64,000 nucleotides of DNA from NCBI RefSeq assembly GCF_000143415.4, contig NW_003314353.1:338140-402139 (forward strand), in the 5' to 3' direction. This document shows, in pieces, positions 59,699 to 64,000 of this stretch (positions are counted from its first letter, which is position 1; every line of letters starts with the position of its first letter). Under the pieces are notes generated by a model that was given only the letters and a program-made list of their open reading frames with translations, had not been told where the DNA came from and made no database searches. The translations under genes and the position numbers were made by a program. This stretch comes from Selaginella moellendorffii (lineage: Eukaryota > Plantae > Lycopodiophyta).

Positions 59699-62600
59699 GG
59701 CATATGCCACATGTCTAAAGGACAGTGGTATGGAACCCAAGGTTCAAGGCCTTGGGCCACTAAACAAAGGAACGATGCCAAACTCCCAAGCATGGAGCCT
59801 AGGAGCAACAAAACCGAACCATGGAGCAACTCCCGAGCATATAGCCGAAGGAGCGAAGGGACAGAAGCCCGGAGCGACTTAGTATAGTCCTAGAGCAACT
59901 AGCGTCCCAATGCTAGGACCAACACGCAAAACGTAGCCAAACGGAGTCTGGCGCTATTTCGGCATACCGGTGGTTTAACGCGAGGACATGGGTACTCCAC
60001 CAGCTAGCATGGAATGGAACTTGGGCTTAGACCCAAGCCAGACGCAGAACAAGGACAGGCATGCAAGCGAGAGTTAGACTATGCCTCAGGTTAGTCAGCC
60101 ATACCCGACCTACCCACTATCCCTACTATACATTTGGAACCCCCCACAACCCCCCCCCTTTAGGAACACACGCTTTGGGCTTTCACCCCAAGCCTCCCTT
60201 AGTATTAGGAGTTAGTCTCTGGGACAAGCTGGGACAAGCTCAAAACTTACTAAATATGGAATGTCCCTAGATTGTGAATTTGGACATGGGACAAACACCA
60301 TTGTGTTCAGGCTAATCTCTACATTCCGTAGATATGCCAAATGAGCGAATCTAAACACTTTCCATAAATAGCATTTGGGACCGAAATGAGACTAACACAA
60401 AGGGCATGATAGTGAGGGTGTTTGGCAGACACGGTAAGCTATCATGTAGCGATATTGAGAGACTAGTCTCAATACACAAGGGTTCTTGTCACTAGCTAGT
60501 GCAAAACATAACGAGACGGGAACTCCTTACCGGGCTAAATATGTTTAGCTAATAACACGTAGGAATTCCATCCTTATGCTCGTCCGATCTAAGTACACTT
60601 GAAATACCTAATTAACTCCACTAGCACAAAAGGGACTGATAAAGGGCCCAACAATACCAACCCCCTGCCGTTGTGGCAGTAAGGAAAGAATATCCGAAAG
60701 GACTAGCCGACAGGTAACTTTCAATACCCGAAATCACATTCGCGACATAGATGGAGGTCGCAAGATATGTAAATATGCACACTAGTGTATATATAAGAGT
60801 ATATTCTAGGTTTTGTCATAGTTGAAGCATAATGGAGTGAGAGCATTTGGAGTCCATAGGCAAAAAAGGGCAATACCTATAGGCAATCAAATTCCATAGT
60901 GATTGTAGTAAATAGGGTGCTTGTTAGAGTAACATATTAAAGTATGAAATAATGCAAGGGATAAAGATATAAAGATTGACCCTAAATGTGTGAAATCCTA
61001 GACACACCTAATCTCTCAAACTTTGAAGAATTCCTCAAGCACATGGCTAATTCATCTATAAACCTCTATCTAAGCTTTGCTAGGGCTATTTAGGCATGTC
61101 TAGGCATGTCTAGGTTTTAGGCTGAAAGTTAGTGTAGGGATTGACTTGGGGGCCATATTTATATATACTTTTGACTTTATTAATTATAAATATGTCTAGA
61201 TAAAATAGCTATTATAGTCAAGTAATTGCTCATTTTTCAATTGGTTTAAGAGGAGAGAGGTAAGGTGTGCTACACTAACAGCTAGTGTAAGTGTAAGTAA
61301 TATAAAGGCATAGTTTTGTGGTTGCTTAGTCCTAGCATTTGCATCCTTGTATACTAGAGCATGGCAATTGAGCACATAAACTGGAACACACATCAATGTG
61401 CTATAGGGCCATAACTTAGCTTGATATGAATGACAATTTTACATTTATAGATATGTTGCTTATTGGGAGCATGATGCATTAGTTGGTTCAGGTATTGAGA
61501 AATACTTGTTTCAGTCCTTTTGGACATTCTCTCCTTACAGATATGATAGTAGAAGATTGATATAATTAGTTCCCTTCATTAGTCTCTTTTGTGTTAGTAG
61601 AGTTAATTGGGCATTTCAATTGTACTTACACTTGATAAGCATAAGAATAAAATTCCTATATGCTAGCTAAAAATATATAGCTTGATAAAAAGTTTTTGTT
61701 TTGTTGTATTTTGCACTAGCTAGTGATAAATTGCATATTGAGCACTAGTCCCTCAATATCGCTACTTGTGTTTAACAAACAATTTTGTTATCATACCTCA
61801 TATATTAATCTTATTGCAGTCCCATTAGCTATTTTTTTTATCAAGGTGTAGAGTAGCCACTATTGCTATCAATGGCAATAGTAGCAGCATTAGTTGTAGC
61901 AACCAAAACCACAACCACAATAACACCATCAATTGAAAGAGAAATGTAAAGATGCTAATAGCTACCACAAGGGACTAGCAAGAAGAAGAAGAAAAAGAAG
62001 AGATTAGTGTGGGAAGTGTTGAGTTACTTCCACAAATTCAAACCTCAACATATTTACCTTTTTTACATTTTTCTTCTAGCAACTTCATTGCCATGACTGG
62101 TTCAAAAGTATTTTTTGGCTCCCCAATCTCCCTAAAGCCCTCACTTTTAGCAGTAACATGAGATATAATATCTAAAAGAATAAATAATATGAGGTATTCA
62201 AAAACTACAACTATTGGAAGTAATGTTGGTGTAATACAACCAACAATGATATCTTGCTATTGCATATGGGTTGTTGCTGCAATCTACTCTCTAATCTGCA
62301 ATCTAATCTGAGTATATGGAACAACTCATAATAACCACTGACCTGACATCGGGTTCATTCTAAAGCACACTCCATTGTACTGTTATGTCGTGCAATTTGT
62401 AGATGCAATTGTTTTAACGTGCCAAAGGGTTGGACAAATAAAAAGTTCAATTAGATATGAAGAAAACATGACCATACTGCTATGTATGTCAATAAAATCT
62501 CCATCCATCTGTAAAAATACCAATTTAATTAGATTGAAAAGTAGTAGTTCATATCTTACAGTCTGCTTGATTGTTAATTGCTTTGTTTGCTTCATTTCTT

Positions 62601-63461
62601 GTTGAAACATTCTCATTAAATGTATGTAAAACTCAAGTTATAGTAGCATTTGAAGACTATATAACTATTTCATAAAGAGATTATGATTGACACTTTTCTT
62701 ATAAGCAACAATTGGTTTTCTTCTTGCAAATAAATTTATTGATTGTTGAGTGAGGAGTCTTTTTCTGATTTACCTGATCATGAGAGACTATCACCTTATA
62801 AACTATAAGTTTATTTATATTGTGAATGTTTCTTGCAAATTACAGTTTGCAGTAAATAAGAAGATGTTCATTGTTAGATACAATGATCACCAAATCATAG
62901 AGAAAGCAATGATTATGGATGTAGGCCCCAATGCTCAAACTCATTTTAAAAGGCTTAAACTGGATCAAGTGAAAGTGAAGGAGATAAATCATGTTTACAA
63001 TATTGTCAAGTTACTAGAACCATCGAAAACAGAATTGATAACATATGTACAACTTGAATATTGGGTGGTCATGGTTAAGAAGGCCAATCTTCAGAAAATC
63101 ACAAGCTTGAAAATCTAGCTATTTGAAGGCCATAATAGTATATATGAAAATATAAATCATAAGGTATGATTCTTTGTACTTGCAAATTAAACTAATTCTA
63201 TTTGGTTTTACAGTAAGACTTTCTAAACATCCAAAAGAAGTTTTCGACTAAATTAAAAAAATCTATCTTTATTGTAAATGCCACATGATTGTAAAGAATG
63301 TTTGTCAACCTAGACTATACTTGAAAAGAAAATATGTTTCCATTGAACCACAATGCGTTCATGACATCGTAAGCAAACAACAAAGTACTAAGTTTTTTAT
63401 TTTAGGAGTTTTAAGATGTTTGACTAGATTTACAAGAATTTTCTTCATAAAGATCTTATTC

Positions 63462-63995
63462 TCAAGAATTTTTACATTCTTGAAGCAGCTTGGAAGAGCT
63501 GAGCAGCCTGTGTGGCAGCTCTAGCTCATGTTGTCGATCTTGCTCTAGCTCCCTGCATCGTTCCTGGTCTGGACACTCCCTGCTGTGATGTTTGTGGTGC
63601 TGAGGCATGGTGTTGTCATCAACTGGCACTTCTGTGGGTGGGGATGCTGGCCCTTCTTGCTTGGCATGAACTGCTACACCATTGGTCGGGGTGCTTATAG
63701 AGTCAAGATTGATTTCTTGACTTTGTTCCTGACTCTTTTCCTCCGGTTTTTCCTTGGAAATGATGCTTTTGATTTGGCTTGTGGTTGATTTTGTCCTGTT
63801 CTTTGGAGGTGAGACTGTTGTGATCTTGGTCCTTTTTGCTGGTGGAGTCGTCATCGGTGACATTGCTCCTTTGAAGTGAGTGTGACACAGGTCCTGGCAG
63901 GGTCCTTCACACTTTTTTATTCGGCTCCCGTCGTCATCTTGGCTGTGGTTGCGAAGGCTCCTTCTTGTCCTCTTCTTCTTCTTGCTCCTCTTCAT
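63462..63995 (-). other. Low-complexity Lys/Ser/Thr-rich ORF of unknown nature, may extend beyond the window
   Basis: 177-aa ORF, more GC-rich than its flanks, no recognisable domain. Confidence 0.25.
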
Positions 63996-64000
63996 ATTCT

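Larger units (their letters stand above)
49494..60747 (-). mobile_element. Second family-A LARD-like element, inverted, 3' LTR truncated, 5' LTR interrupted by a gypsy element
   Basis: Reverse complement of 15634-24545: LTR about 49494-50432, PPT, internal 50433-55306, PBS-like sequence near 55294-55304, LTR 55307-55324 + about 59699-60747 ending TCGCGACA. Confidence 0.88.

Noticed and set aside
59699-59887. Unusual integrase C-terminus (GICHMSKGQW...)
   Set aside because: Read-through into family-A LTR sequence after a deletion, not a real domain.

Overview
Eukaryotic land-plant nuclear DNA. The very compact genes with short GT-AG introns and the NGYCL-type CCR suggest a lycophyte such as Selaginella (inference). 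Bases 1-10.3 kb are gene-dense: a CPP1/CJD1-like J-domain protein, plastid ribosomal protein S6, a Rubisco-LSMT-like SET protein, organellar ClpB and cinnamoyl-CoA reductase. After a (TA)n microsatellite the rest is a nested transposon landscape: a TRIM interrupted by a non-coding LARD-like LTR element (family A) whose 5' LTR carries a solo LTR (family B); an isolated AT-rich secreted B-lectin gene; a 14.5-kb TIR-bounded, Sola-like DNA transposon; and a second, inverted family-A element carrying a 3'-truncated Ty3/gypsy insertion with an apparent self-priming PBS and a GGGAAAC -1 frameshift site. The main find is the DNA transposon. Besides its transposase it encodes a divergently transcribed, now pseudogenised cargo gene (ParB/Srx-like domain, degenerate amino-methyltransferase-like fold, FCP1/NIF phosphatase-like domain). 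It is also studded with about 25 copies of a 22-bp palindrome (ATGGCRTG-N6-CAYGCCAT) that I saw nowhere else in the window. This is a candidate ParB/parS-like self-recognition or anti-silencing system. All domain calls are by-eye motif recognition, not database results.
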